A DNA stretch of 33,953 bases from a virus (Duplodnaviria; Heunggongvirae; Uroviricota; Caudoviricetes). The translations under genes and the position numbers were made by a program. The stretch's first letter is position 1. Each line of letters opens with the position of its first letter. Shown piece by piece: positions 19,601 to 28,135 of the stretch. Location of the stretch: positions 1 through 33,953 of IMG/VR virus record IMGVR_UViG_2534682338_000010. One strand, 5' to 3'. The notes beneath the pieces were generated by a model that saw only the letters and a program-made list of their open reading frames with translations, ran no database searches and had not been told where the DNA came from.

Positions 19601-20194
19601 ATCTTTCTTATTATCCGCTACCGTCTTTTCTATTGCTGATTTATTTGCTTCGACAGTATTCGTTAAGTTGGTAACGTTGGTATTCGTCTGATCAACCCGC
19701 GCATTAATATCTGTCTTGTTCTTGTTAATTGTCGCGTTGATAGTATCGCGGGTTGAAGTAATAGTCTGATTCAGTTCAGTCTTAGCAGCCGCCAGAGCGT
19801 TAGCAGCTTCGGTTTTATTGTTACCTACTGTGGTAGTCAAAGCATCAATTCGTTTGTTGGCTGCGGTATCGCCAGCAGTGATTGAAGCATTGAGAGTATC
19901 ACGGGTAGAAGTGATAGTCTGATTCAGTTCAGCTTTAGCACTAGCCAGATTATTAGCGGCTTCTTGTTTGTTGGAAGCAATAACACGGTCAGTGCTAGTT
20001 TTGTTATTGTCTACTTTCGTATTCAGTTCAGCGTGTTTTTCTGGAGAAACACTAATTTGGACTACGTTATTATTTTTGTCTTTGGTGTAAATCACATGAT
20101 CCGCCAACTGTAAGGCGATTTCACCCTGTGATAATTGTTCCGGCGTTGGTTTTTTACCCGCCGTCTGTGTGCGTTTAAATTGGATCGACTGCAT
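16658..20194 (-). CDS. fibre protein with coiled-coil repeat shaft and C-terminal intramolecular chaperone (S74-like autoproteolytic) domain
   Basis: 1178 aa; N-terminal repeated NQTITSTRDT-type heptad units; C-terminal DSRLKINKEEL...VYTYDK...GIIAQDLEKVLPEAV typical of self-cleaving fibre chaperone domains. Confidence 0.75.
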   Translation of the reverse strand: MQSIQFKRTQTAGKKPTPEQLSQGEIALQLADHVIYTKDKNNNVVQISVSPEKHAELNTKVDNNKTSTDRVIASNKQEAANNLASAKAELNQTITSTRDTLNASITAGDTAANKRIDALTTTVGNNKTEAANALAAAKTELNQTITSTRDTINATINKNKTDINARVDQTNTNVTNLTNTVEANKSAIEKTVADNKKDADTKITNLTGTVNSNHTAINNKVDQNKSSTDAAIAAANQRIDSIEGSADAAYIKKNTNTYHHGYLLTKTANYLEDQTARDLNYFGAFRTNGQDGLMDLTLNVPHSAGKAHGRGFTFRYASGGSRVETYGFDREGQKNFSYKMYHEGDKPTPGEIGAYTKAEVDKMFVKNVVMSVPNSSENVSAYFKLATATIPQNGRSVFFRIHGGNGYNVTAYDQVDVVEILLRSGNDRPKGLNVIAYRRNTNKDFEVFAVNTSGDNYDIYVKYQRYTDNVIVEYGKSVYVSLTVYDTPEATLIKPSVGVIGGRNVTLFNTENKRGVLSFDDNTQNSYDIVHLSNDRGTGRKYIRKFRSNYNEMIWHETVQGSTYRLATGSTDAQEILSVESSSSIAGTHKGNILSGRMMLGGGSNVITLRRPAGQSNHIAFQDNRTGSITRQGWIGYGNADTNVFEWYSDVGGTSIRHHIDGQIELATGNTKRVYTNAQFISMNSDAYRMIYGNYGAFWRNDGGKVYLLSTAENDKLGGWNGNRPFIYDLTNGKVTLGGDGNEGALVLERDSRAARFSNNVFLEKGLLTFSAGGNQSMDSFTINHWGNSNANRYNVLQFQDTSGTHFTTERNGTGGLLAHFRGDLTTEGKLTWGKNTATSSFNIRAWGADARKQVFECADESGWHWYTQRPGGPGTELIEFAINGTVKPKAIHTGGNITLNGADIEFRRSGNKHLWFRDPNGLELGLLYCDDAGVMRMRGEKQTEVWKFGGKMIQLETGTVSGGGNGLIRGSVAGGSWTSWRDRASGIQVDCQQSTDSAHNVWKATHQGKYHIAAMGVHVPSGTIGNAMVRMHVHDATFDFNAAGDFTAGRNGSFNDVYIRSDSRLKINKEELQDGALEKVNSLKVYTYDKVKSLSDDTVIKREVGIIAQDLEKVLPEAVGIQSTEDPEHPEAIKTISNSAVNALIIKAMQEMTAKFDAMAKELAETKAELAELKATK

Positions 20195-20271
20195 CGAATC
20201 ACCTCACTATAAAACAGGAATAAGGGAGGCGTTAACCTCCCAACGTTCATGTTTTATTTAGGTAAGCAATC

Positions 20272-21105
20272 TTAATACTCACCGAAATCGATCCGGTCCG
20301 TCTTAGCCACTGCGCCAATTTCGCTAGGTGTCGGTTTCTCATTGGTGGAATATACCTTGATCCATTCAGAACGACCGTTTTCCTGAATATTTCGGACACG
20401 TAAACGCGGTGCGCCAGAAGTATTACAGGTTAATTGCCATGCGCCATGCTCATTAGCTTGAAGGTGAATTAACGATGTATCAGCACCATAAGGGTTAGTG
20501 CTAGCCGTTCCTTTGTAGGTTACGAAACGGTTTCCTGCTAATGCCTCGCTATCAATACCGCCCGTGAATGGATGTACACCTGCACCCAAACCAAAATCAC
20601 CCTGACGTAAGATCCGGCCTTCGGTAGCAATACCCCTTGCCAAAATCCCGCCATCTGGTTCAAGTTTAAATTCCAGTGTTACAGCTTTGTTATCACTACC
20701 ACGGGTTTTATGTGATGTGACGTAAGCATCGAATATACAAAAGTACCCTGTGTTAGCAGCACTATAGCCAGAGTTCACAACATAGAACATACGGAAGCGT
20801 AAAGGTGTTTTATCCTCTACCGCTTTCATCAACATTGCTTGATGTTCATCGTCAAGAACACGGTTTAACGTGAGTGTTGTCGGTTCCAGTCTACGATAAC
20901 CAGCAAGTTTCCCCGTAGCGTCCTGATCGTACTCTTCCAGAGTTTCAATCTCTGTGGATTCGGTTAGCGTAGGGAATGCTGCGATGTTCTCAATAGAACT
21001 AAAGCTAGGATCGAAAAAGTCGACCTGATTGTCTATCTGGTTAGAGATCGACACTTCAACATGCGACCCCGTGAAAATGTCTAAGTTATCTTGTGTAATA
21101 TTCAT
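20272..21105 (-). CDS. tail/neck structural protein (possible tube or fibre-anchoring protein)
   Basis: 277 aa; C-terminus shares the motif KPTPSEIGA with the 1178-aa fibre. Confidence 0.5.
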   Translation of the reverse strand: MNITQDNLDIFTGSHVEVSISNQIDNQVDFFDPSFSSIENIAAFPTLTESTEIETLEEYDQDATGKLAGYRRLEPTTLTLNRVLDDEHQAMLMKAVEDKTPLRFRMFYVVNSGYSAANTGYFCIFDAYVTSHKTRGSDNKAVTLEFKLEPDGGILARGIATEGRILRQGDFGLGAGVHPFTGGIDSEALAGNRFVTYKGTASTNPYGADTSLIHLQANEHGAWQLTCNTSGAPRLRVRNIQENGRSEWIKVYSTNEKPTPSEIGAVAKTDRIDFGEY

Positions 21106-21114
21106 TATTACCCC

Positions 21115-21537
21115 TTAAAAACGCGCTAGATAAGAAAATTTAAGGCTAAGTGTCCCAACGATACCACCATCACTAGAATCATCGTCATAATCGGTATTAG
21201 AAGCTACTGGAGTGATATCTGAAATTGAGAAGCCCAAATCTTTAAAACGTGGGTTATCCGGCTGAATCTGGATTATCTGGCAAATACCCTCATGAATTTT
21301 CGTTTCATGAATCTGAGAATATAACTGCATTTCGATAACGCATTCAGCTTGCATTGCATTACCGCCACGGACCCTAGTGTAAGTCTCATTCATTCCGGTG
21401 ATCCAACAAACCACGTCATCACTAAAGCCTTGCTGAGTTTGTTCTACGTTTAAAGCCAGACCTAAATCTTGTTCGATAATATCCTGCAAGGCGCGTTTGA
21501 TTTTCAGTCTAGGCATATTATTAACGGTAGCGAGCAT
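21115..21537 (-). CDS. head-tail joining / tail completion protein
   Basis: ATG at 21537 preceded by AGGGGG with 6-nt spacing; overlaps the upstream gene end by 17 nt. Confidence 0.45.
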   Translation of the reverse strand: MLATVNNMPRLKIKRALQDIIEQDLGLALNVEQTQQGFSDDVVCWITGMNETYTRVRGGNAMQAECVIEMQLYSQIHETKIHEGICQIIQIQPDNPRFKDLGFSISDITPVASNTDYDDDSSDGGIVGTLSLKFSYLARF

Positions 21538-21811
21538 GTGTACCCCCTGCCAGAGTGATAAAGCAATCAGTTGTATTGTCACCATTGCGCTTAACGTATT
21601 GAACTTTGAAACGCTGATTTTCTACAGTGACAATATCACCCTGCTTTAAGTCTCCCTCACGACAGAATAGAAATTCTGTTTCTGTCATTACCCCTTGTTC
21701 GTCGGTAGTAGTAATTTCATGATAAGCACGAATTGATTTACCACCTTCCACCGAAAATACAGGAGCACTTCGGAACATTCTTGATAATTGTGATTCTGAT
21801 AATTTGAACAT
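21521..21811 (-). CDS. head completion / head-tail adaptor protein
   Basis: 96 aa; AAGGGGG SD 5 nt upstream of the ATG; first gene after the capsid terminator. Confidence 0.45.
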   Translation of the reverse strand: MFKLSESQLSRMFRSAPVFSVEGGKSIRAYHEITTTDEQGVMTETEFLFCREGDLKQGDIVTVENQRFKVQYVKRNGDNTTDCFITLAGGTHARYR

Positions 21812-21841
21812 AGTTACCCCCTTTATGGAGTATTTACATAC

Positions 21842-21868
21842 AAAAAAGCCCCACCGTTAGGCAGGGCT
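21842..21868 (-). terminator. intrinsic terminator after the capsid gene
   Basis: minus-strand hairpin AGCCCUGCC-UAAC-GGUGGGGCU followed by UUUUUUG, starting 2 nt after the tandem stops. Confidence 0.65.
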
Positions 21869-21870
21869 AA

Positions 21871-22002
21871 TTATTATTCTTTAGTTTTACGTTGTTTTTT
21901 AACTGTGGCTTTCGCCGTAACCGTCTGAGATTCTTCTTCCTGAGATGGAATCAGATTTTCTTCCCCCAAATCGGGGGAAGGTTCAGATGGTTCTACGTTA
22001 GT
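21871..22002 (-). other. in-frame post-TGA extension of the capsid gene (42 codons then TAA-TAA)
   Basis: frame 0 after TGA (22003-22005) is open: TNVEPSEPSPDLGEENLIPSQEEESQTVTAKATVKKQRKTKE. Confidence 0.45.
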
Positions 22003-24006
22003 TCATTCAGCGGAGATGTGAAGAACTTTCAGAGCTTCCGGCTGAACTACGGTGAAGTCCAGGTCTACCCAGATACGCGGAACGATAGCAGACTGTGCGC
22101 GGTAAGTGGTGTCGTCCATATCCAGTTCCAGACCACCCCATTCACCGATCATGATACCGGAGAAATCACCCAGAACGATGTGGTCTGCCGGAATAACGCC
22201 AGAAGTAACTACATCGTAACCAGCCAGTTTGCCGTTTTCGATGATATAACCGGAAACGCCGTTATCTTTCAGGGTAGATTCCAGTTCAGCAGCAGTTGCA
22301 CCGCTCATTGCAAACTTGATGGACTGTGCCGGAACGCCAGCGTCGGTCAGTGCTGCAATTTCTTTCAGGAAGTCTTTGTAGCTAAAAGCGGCTTTCTTAG
22401 TAACGCGACCACCGTCTACCAGTTGCTTAACCAGACCTTTCGGACCTCGAGTATTATCTTTGTCAGACAGAATCAGTTGTTCCAGTTTGATGCGAACAGC
22501 TTTGTTAATATGATCAGTGATCAGGGTAGCAATATTCGGAACAGTTTTCAGAGACTGACGGCTGATCGGGTTGCCACCAGCAAACGTCTTAGGAGCCATT
22601 TTCACGTTTGCAAATTCAGCTTTGCTTTCCGGTGCAGCACCGTTTTCATCAACGAAACCGAAAGCATCAACGCTGGAAGTAGTCATTTTCGGTACAGCAA
22701 TCGGAGCATTCAGACCAGACAGAACAGTCACACCCAGACGACCCAGAACAGACTGCGGAAGCAGCATTTCTACATAGGATTCGGTCAGCAGTTTTTCGTC
22801 GGTTACAGCAGTCAGAGTAGCTTTGGTGTTACCATCAGCAGCAGCACGCAGAGCAGCAGCCGGAACGAATACAGAGCCACCGCGAGCAGCACGACCACGC
22901 TGCATTGCAGCACCAGCAGCCATTGCAGAAAACTCGGCTTCGTTAGCACCCAGAGCTTCACCATCTACCAGGGAGCGAATTACGTTGTTCAGGTCAAAAG
23001 TTTTTTCCATTTTAGAGTCCTTAATTTGTTCGTTATTACGTTGAGCAGTAGCGATTTTATTTAGTGTCTTAGTGCGGAATGCTTCCGGCGTCATGTCTTT
23101 AATTGCTAATGCGCGTTTCAATTCTTCGTCATCAATATTTAGTTCGCGTGCAATTTCGCGAATTTCTAATTCATCTTCTTCGGAACGTTCAGCCACTTCC
23201 TCGGTTTTTTCTTCTTCATCCGGAGCGGCTTCACGTTCTTCTTTTACTTCTTCTGCTTCCCGAACAGTTGAACTATCATCATCAACACTTTCAGGATGTT
23301 CAGCGTCTTTTCCGTCTTCGAGATTTTCATCTTCTTTATTCTCTTCAACTTGGCGCTCTTGAGTTTCTTCAACTTCCGGTTCTTTATTTTCTTCTACCGG
23401 AGTTTCTTCAACCTGAGCGGATTCTTGTTCTTCTTTGATTTCTTCGATTTGTTCTTTAGTCATATCGCGTTTAGCCTCCAAATTAACTGTGATAGTATTT
23501 AGAGAGCGATTTAAACCGACAGAATCATCGGCAGGGACCGTCACAAATGAAATTTCAAAAGGCGCCCACTTAGTAACAATCAATTGCCCTTTGGTGTAGT
23601 CGATGTGATATTCTTTAATGTCATAACCGACAGAAATTTTTTCCATCGTACCTTCAATGACTTTATTGCGAATATCATTAGCCAAAGTGCCATGCTTAGA
23701 GAATTTAACCAGAGCACGACCTACGTTATCCGCATCGATTCGAGCGTTACAAACGACACCAATATGATTATCGAAATTATGATTGAACAGCAACGGAGCG
23801 TTATTATTCAGACGGGACAGATCAACCGCTTCCGGTGTATGTACCAGAATTTCATCTAATACCACCATTTCTTGATTTTGCTCATCCCAGAATTGGCGCT
23901 GATAAGGCTGTTCACTGGAGAAAGCAATTTCAAATTCGTATTGATCGTTATGCCCTTCGTTAATAACTCCACCGTAACCGTTAAGATCGCGGCGAAATTT
24001 AAGCAT
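22003..24006 (-). CDS. prohead protease / acidic scaffold (delta-like) / HK97-fold major capsid protein fusion
   Basis: 667 aa: N-terminal about 170 aa protease-like (ends EISFVTVPAD), about 150 aa extremely Glu-rich linker, C-terminal about 330 aa capsid-like. Confidence 0.75.
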   Translation of the reverse strand: MLKFRRDLNGYGGVINEGHNDQYEFEIAFSSEQPYQRQFWDEQNQEMVVLDEILVHTPEAVDLSRLNNNAPLLFNHNFDNHIGVVCNARIDADNVGRALVKFSKHGTLANDIRNKVIEGTMEKISVGYDIKEYHIDYTKGQLIVTKWAPFEISFVTVPADDSVGLNRSLNTITVNLEAKRDMTKEQIEEIKEEQESAQVEETPVEENKEPEVEETQERQVEENKEDENLEDGKDAEHPESVDDDSSTVREAEEVKEEREAAPDEEEKTEEVAERSEEDELEIREIARELNIDDEELKRALAIKDMTPEAFRTKTLNKIATAQRNNEQIKDSKMEKTFDLNNVIRSLVDGEALGANEAEFSAMAAGAAMQRGRAARGGSVFVPAAALRAAADGNTKATLTAVTDEKLLTESYVEMLLPQSVLGRLGVTVLSGLNAPIAVPKMTTSSVDAFGFVDENGAAPESKAEFANVKMAPKTFAGGNPISRQSLKTVPNIATLITDHINKAVRIKLEQLILSDKDNTRGPKGLVKQLVDGGRVTKKAAFSYKDFLKEIAALTDAGVPAQSIKFAMSGATAAELESTLKDNGVSGYIIENGKLAGYDVVTSGVIPADHIVLGDFSGIMIGEWGGLELDMDDTTYRAQSAIVPRIWVDLDFTVVQPEALKVLHISAE

Positions 24007-24051
24007 TTAATCACCTTTAATTAATTGGGGGCATTGCGCCCCCGTTGGTTA

Positions 24052-25563
24052 TTAGGGATCGGCTGGGGAATTTTTTTCTTCACCCTCGCCATCAACGATA
24101 ATATTTAGTGCGCTCTTTTCGGCTTGAATCTCTGAGAATACTTTTTCAGGATCATCACCACGTTCAAGAATAACGGCAGTACGTGATTTAAGTCCTTTAT
24201 CAATTAAAGCAATATCAGCGTTTACGTCTTTAATAACATCGACAGACTCGAAACGCGGACGAATAATAGTTGTATTATCGATAATATGTGGAATTGCAGT
24301 AATACGAATCGGAACAATACCACGCGCGGAATAATGGCGTAGATATGCTTCAAAAATTGGCAATACCACTGTTTCAATTAATTTGTTTTGAAGTGCTTTA
24401 ACGCGGTTACGTTGAAGTAGTTCACCAAAACGTGCGGCTGAGTAGTTGATCTGTGAACAATCTCCCGTTAAGCCCTGTTTAAACACGCCTAAGCCCATTG
24501 ATACGCTAGTAAACATCGCATCATTGAAGCTGTTAAAGTCATCACCGCTTTGCGTCGCCTGGATGCTCTTGATCGTTGCCCCTTCCGGTAATTCCTGAAT
24601 AGTACCCGGTGCAAAATCCTGTACTACTTCCGGCGCTTGATATTGTTCATCCTCTTCACCAGTATCAAAATCGTCACCAGAATCTTTCGGACGTTCGATA
24701 AAGCCCATAGAGCTAGCTGCAATACGTTTCTGGACGATCGCAGTTTCGCGGAATGCGTCTTGATGTGCGATATCCTTAATCACTGGCAGGAAGTCAGTCA
24801 CACCACGCAGAGATTCAGCCGCAAGTGGTTGATAATAATGACATACTTGCGAAGCATCTACGCGATAGTTATCACCTGTGTAAGTCTGAGTCAGTAGGTT
24901 GATTTTACGAAACCAAAATGCAACAGGGCGCATTGTTTCTACGTCATACTCGATCCCCTGATAGATAGCGCGTTCTTTGCTTACTTCACGGTTTAGCGAC
25001 CAGTCGCACTTATCAGCAGACAGGATAGAAACATTTAACTCATTGTTTTCTTTGGTTAAAACGATGAAGCACTCACCACCCATAACGCGCTCACGTTCAG
25101 CCATTACCAGCAGTTCACGGAAGTTAAAGCGACCGTTACGAGAGAAGCGTTTAGCGTTCTGCGCCCACTTCCAGAAAGCATTCTCGATCTGCTTATTCAG
25201 TGCGCTATCAAGTTTGCCATTTGATTTAACGATTGATGGCTTCGGATCTAGGCCAGTACCTACCACCATATCGGTGATGTATTGCGTGTATCGACTGCCT
25301 ACGGAAGTGTTTAAGGCCAGAGTACGACCCTGATCATAAAGGCGCTTACCGTTCGATTTGAGAGCCTTATTGAAGGTTCCTGTAATGGTGTCTTGTTGAA
25401 GTGATCCATCAATGCGATCACCCACCAGACCTAAACTACGAGTCGCCAAAGATCTCTGGTATTTTTCTATAGATTTGTCGATGAAAATTTTTGGTTGTTG
25501 CTGGCGGTGATTAGTTTTAACTGGAGTTTCTACCGCCTTTTTGCGTCGAAAAAGATTAAACAT
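24052..25563 (-). CDS. portal protein
   Basis: 503 aa; position between terminase and capsid; composition and length typical of lambda-type portals. Confidence 0.75.
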   Translation of the reverse strand: MFNLFRRKKAVETPVKTNHRQQQPKIFIDKSIEKYQRSLATRSLGLVGDRIDGSLQQDTITGTFNKALKSNGKRLYDQGRTLALNTSVGSRYTQYITDMVVGTGLDPKPSIVKSNGKLDSALNKQIENAFWKWAQNAKRFSRNGRFNFRELLVMAERERVMGGECFIVLTKENNELNVSILSADKCDWSLNREVSKERAIYQGIEYDVETMRPVAFWFRKINLLTQTYTGDNYRVDASQVCHYYQPLAAESLRGVTDFLPVIKDIAHQDAFRETAIVQKRIAASSMGFIERPKDSGDDFDTGEEDEQYQAPEVVQDFAPGTIQELPEGATIKSIQATQSGDDFNSFNDAMFTSVSMGLGVFKQGLTGDCSQINYSAARFGELLQRNRVKALQNKLIETVVLPIFEAYLRHYSARGIVPIRITAIPHIIDNTTIIRPRFESVDVIKDVNADIALIDKGLKSRTAVILERGDDPEKVFSEIQAEKSALNIIVDGEGEEKNSPADP

Positions 25564-25573
25564 GATTTACCCC

Positions 25574-26071
25574 TTATCGCGTAAGACGTAATTTGATATT
25601 TTTAATCGGGCTAATTCCCTGTTTACGTCGTTCGGCTTGAATTAATTTTGATAACTGACGTTCATAATCAGTCTTCAATTGCTGGAGAACACCCAATGAC
25701 TCGTACACAAATGTAGTATTTTTGATACTCATCTGAGACAAAGCCGCCTCGTCATTCGCTAATCGAGCAAATATAACCTGCTCAATTAAAGCAATGGTCT
25801 CTCTTAGGTATTCTTTTTTTGTTTGACGTTGAAAAATAGGTAAAACTGTCAGTTCCTGCATTGATACCAGTTCTTCATCAAGAGTAATAACAATGGTCAT
25901 CTTCCCTTCTGGAAAGTCTAACGTTTTAATCTCGTGATTAGCCGGAGTATCATCAACCTGATAAATGATACCTTTATTATTATTTCCTACCTGAATTGTT
26001 ACACCCTCTTCATTCGCCAGCGTGATTTTTTCGCCTTTACGAATTACTAAGGGAATTAGTTCTAAACTCAT
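25574..26071 (-). CDS. hypothetical head-morphogenesis protein (between terminase and portal)
   Basis: 165-aa ORF in the position occupied by W-like proteins in lambda-type head modules. Confidence 0.45.
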   Translation of the reverse strand: MSLELIPLVIRKGEKITLANEEGVTIQVGNNNKGIIYQVDDTPANHEIKTLDFPEGKMTIVITLDEELVSMQELTVLPIFQRQTKKEYLRETIALIEQVIFARLANDEAALSQMSIKNTTFVYESLGVLQQLKTDYERQLSKLIQAERRKQGISPIKNIKLRLTR

Positions 26072-26143
26072 AATTACCCCTTATTTAATTGTTATTGGAT
26101 TAACAATATTTAGGAGTAAGCCGCCCCGAAGGACGGCGAGTTA

Positions 26144-28048
26144 TTAGAACGATGTTACCCAGCTACGGCCTCTATTTGGGCGTCTGGCGATGTTTTTACG
26201 TTGTGGTCGTGTGATTGGCTTATTTTCTTCGATTTGCTCGTCAGATTGCGATTTAGGAGCTTCTACGGGTTCTTCTGGTTCACGGTTCAAACTATCTTTG
26301 ATGGCTTCGAGTTTTTCCCATGACATTTTATTGAGTACATGGCGAGAAGCAGCATAGGAATAAGCCAGGCAGTCGAGAGCCTCGTTTCGTTGCTGACCAA
26401 CTTTTACCCAACGTGTGGTATTACCCTGCCGTTTCAACTGTTCAGAAAGCAATTGCTCGCAATAGTCATCAGGAACGTCACCAATCTGGAAGACAGTGTG
26501 AGGATCGCCATCTCTCAAGTTCCGGTTAATCATTTCACGGATCATCGTTTTAAGGTTGTTTACGCCCAGAATTTTAAGGGTAAAACCACCCGTTCTTGTG
26601 TCTTTTACCGGAAGGATTGGTGCATCAACATTGCTTGCGCCTTTAATGGCGGTTAGATTTTGCCACCGACTACAGAATCGGTAGATCACTTGCGTAGCTC
26701 GTCCGTTCGATGAGTCCACGAAAGCAGATAGCATCGGGATTCGTTCACCGGATCGGGTATAGAATTTCGCTTTCAGGAAGTTATAAAGCTGGTCATATGC
26801 TGGTGATTCGTGGCGTTCGCAGTTCACATCATAGAATGATCGGTGATCAACTACGCATAGACCTTTACGAGAAATACCCAGCAAGGTAGATTCCAGACGG
26901 TCTTTTTGCTGGTCAACTCCACCTACCAGAGCCAGTACATCATCAGGAATATTGTCTAGGCTAATATCAGTTTTCAGCGTTTCCAGTTCGTCGGCTGTGC
27001 GGTCTTCGTTAAGATCATCGAAGGTTTCACCGAGGACTGTATTGTAGAACGTTGCCAGGGACATATTCGCGTAGCTATCAGCAAAGTCCACCACACACGC
27101 ACGGATAGAACTAAACGGAGACATAAGGCGGTTAGCATGAAAACCGATTACTTCCGCATTTGGTTCGGTGGCGACCCATTCTCCCTTAGCAACAGCACGT
27201 AGGCGATCCCCTTCGGTCCAGTCGGTTTCACATTCAGGACAACGATAAACGGCTGTATCTGGGTTGGGTAATGATTTACCGTTAATCGTATGCCAATCGA
27301 AATGTACGTTACTCCATTCCATTACGTGCTTGTGTCCGCAATGCTGGCAAACGACATGATATTTTCTCTTATCCGAGAGTTCCCATTGTTGGTTAATCGC
27401 CCCATCACGAGCGGTTGGAGTGGAAGCAATTACGATCCTTGCATCTTCCCCGAAAGTGGTTGCGCGTTGTTCCGCTAGCTGGATCGGGTTCCCTTCGTCT
27501 GACTCATCAGCCGCATCAACTTCATCAAGAATAATCAAAGGGAGTGTTTTACCGCGAAGATGTGACGGACTATTCAACGACATGAAATACATAAACGATC
27601 CGTTACGAAGCTGAATAATCGATGAGTTGTTAACGGCATTGCGATCTGATTTGTCGGTGATCATCGCCTTTAATTCTGGCGTTGCCTCTAATACTGGCTT
27701 CACCTTACCAGCGATCCAAGAATTTAGTTCCCTAACGTTACTTTGCAACACCCCGATATTAGTAGGGTTACTCGCGATCCGATGGAAGATAATTCCGTTA
27801 AGAATCATGGTCTTACCCAACTGTGCCGAACATTTAAACACAATTTTTCTACGGTCTTCGGTGATCGCGTCCATCATTCCACGTTGGAAGGGATGCAATT
27901 TAATTAGAGATCCGGCTTTAACACCATCGGTAGCAACTACGTTAGCCTCTACCCACTCGCTAGGTTTCATTGCTTTAGGTGGGCGAATTGCAGCAGAGAT
28001 ATTTCTGAGAATCTTTTTTAATTTTGCCTTATTAGAAATCAGTTTCAT
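26144..28048 (-). CDS. terminase large subunit, lambda GpA-type
   Basis: 634 aa; Walker A KCSAQLGKT; acidic ILDEVDAADESDEG (Walker B-like); Cys/His cluster CQHCGHKH...CPECE as in GpA-family terminases. Confidence 0.85.
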   Translation of the reverse strand: MKLISNKAKLKKILRNISAAIRPPKAMKPSEWVEANVVATDGVKAGSLIKLHPFQRGMMDAITEDRRKIVFKCSAQLGKTMILNGIIFHRIASNPTNIGVLQSNVRELNSWIAGKVKPVLEATPELKAMITDKSDRNAVNNSSIIQLRNGSFMYFMSLNSPSHLRGKTLPLIILDEVDAADESDEGNPIQLAEQRATTFGEDARIVIASTPTARDGAINQQWELSDKRKYHVVCQHCGHKHVMEWSNVHFDWHTINGKSLPNPDTAVYRCPECETDWTEGDRLRAVAKGEWVATEPNAEVIGFHANRLMSPFSSIRACVVDFADSYANMSLATFYNTVLGETFDDLNEDRTADELETLKTDISLDNIPDDVLALVGGVDQQKDRLESTLLGISRKGLCVVDHRSFYDVNCERHESPAYDQLYNFLKAKFYTRSGERIPMLSAFVDSSNGRATQVIYRFCSRWQNLTAIKGASNVDAPILPVKDTRTGGFTLKILGVNNLKTMIREMINRNLRDGDPHTVFQIGDVPDDYCEQLLSEQLKRQGNTTRWVKVGQQRNEALDCLAYSYAASRHVLNKMSWEKLEAIKDSLNREPEEPVEAPKSQSDEQIEENKPITRPQRKNIARRPNRGRSWVTSF

Positions 28049-28091
28049 GTAATTACCCTCATTACGAAATATGAAGGTATTTATTAAATTG

Positions 28092-28119
28092 TTGATATTT
28101 TGATAAATACGGGTATTAA
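28092..28119 (+). promoter_or_regulatory. sigma70-like promoter for the 28136 gene
   Basis: TTGATA (28092-28097), 16-nt spacer, TATTAA (28114-28119); AAGGGGG SD before the ATG. Confidence 0.45.
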
Positions 28120-28135
28120 GATTTAAGGGGGTTGT

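Noticed and set aside
22003-22005. Selenocysteine insertion or frameshifting as the recoding mechanism at the capsid TGA
   Set aside because: The extension is in the zero frame, so no frameshift is needed; no SECIS-like element with the expected spacing and apical loop is seen at both loci. Simple UGA readthrough is the more economical hypothesis, though untested.
21892-23064. 390-aa plus-strand ORF starting at TTG, overlapping the capsid gene
   Set aside because: It is the antisense frame of the capsid gene and its 3-prime extension; its openness just mirrors the open minus-strand frame.
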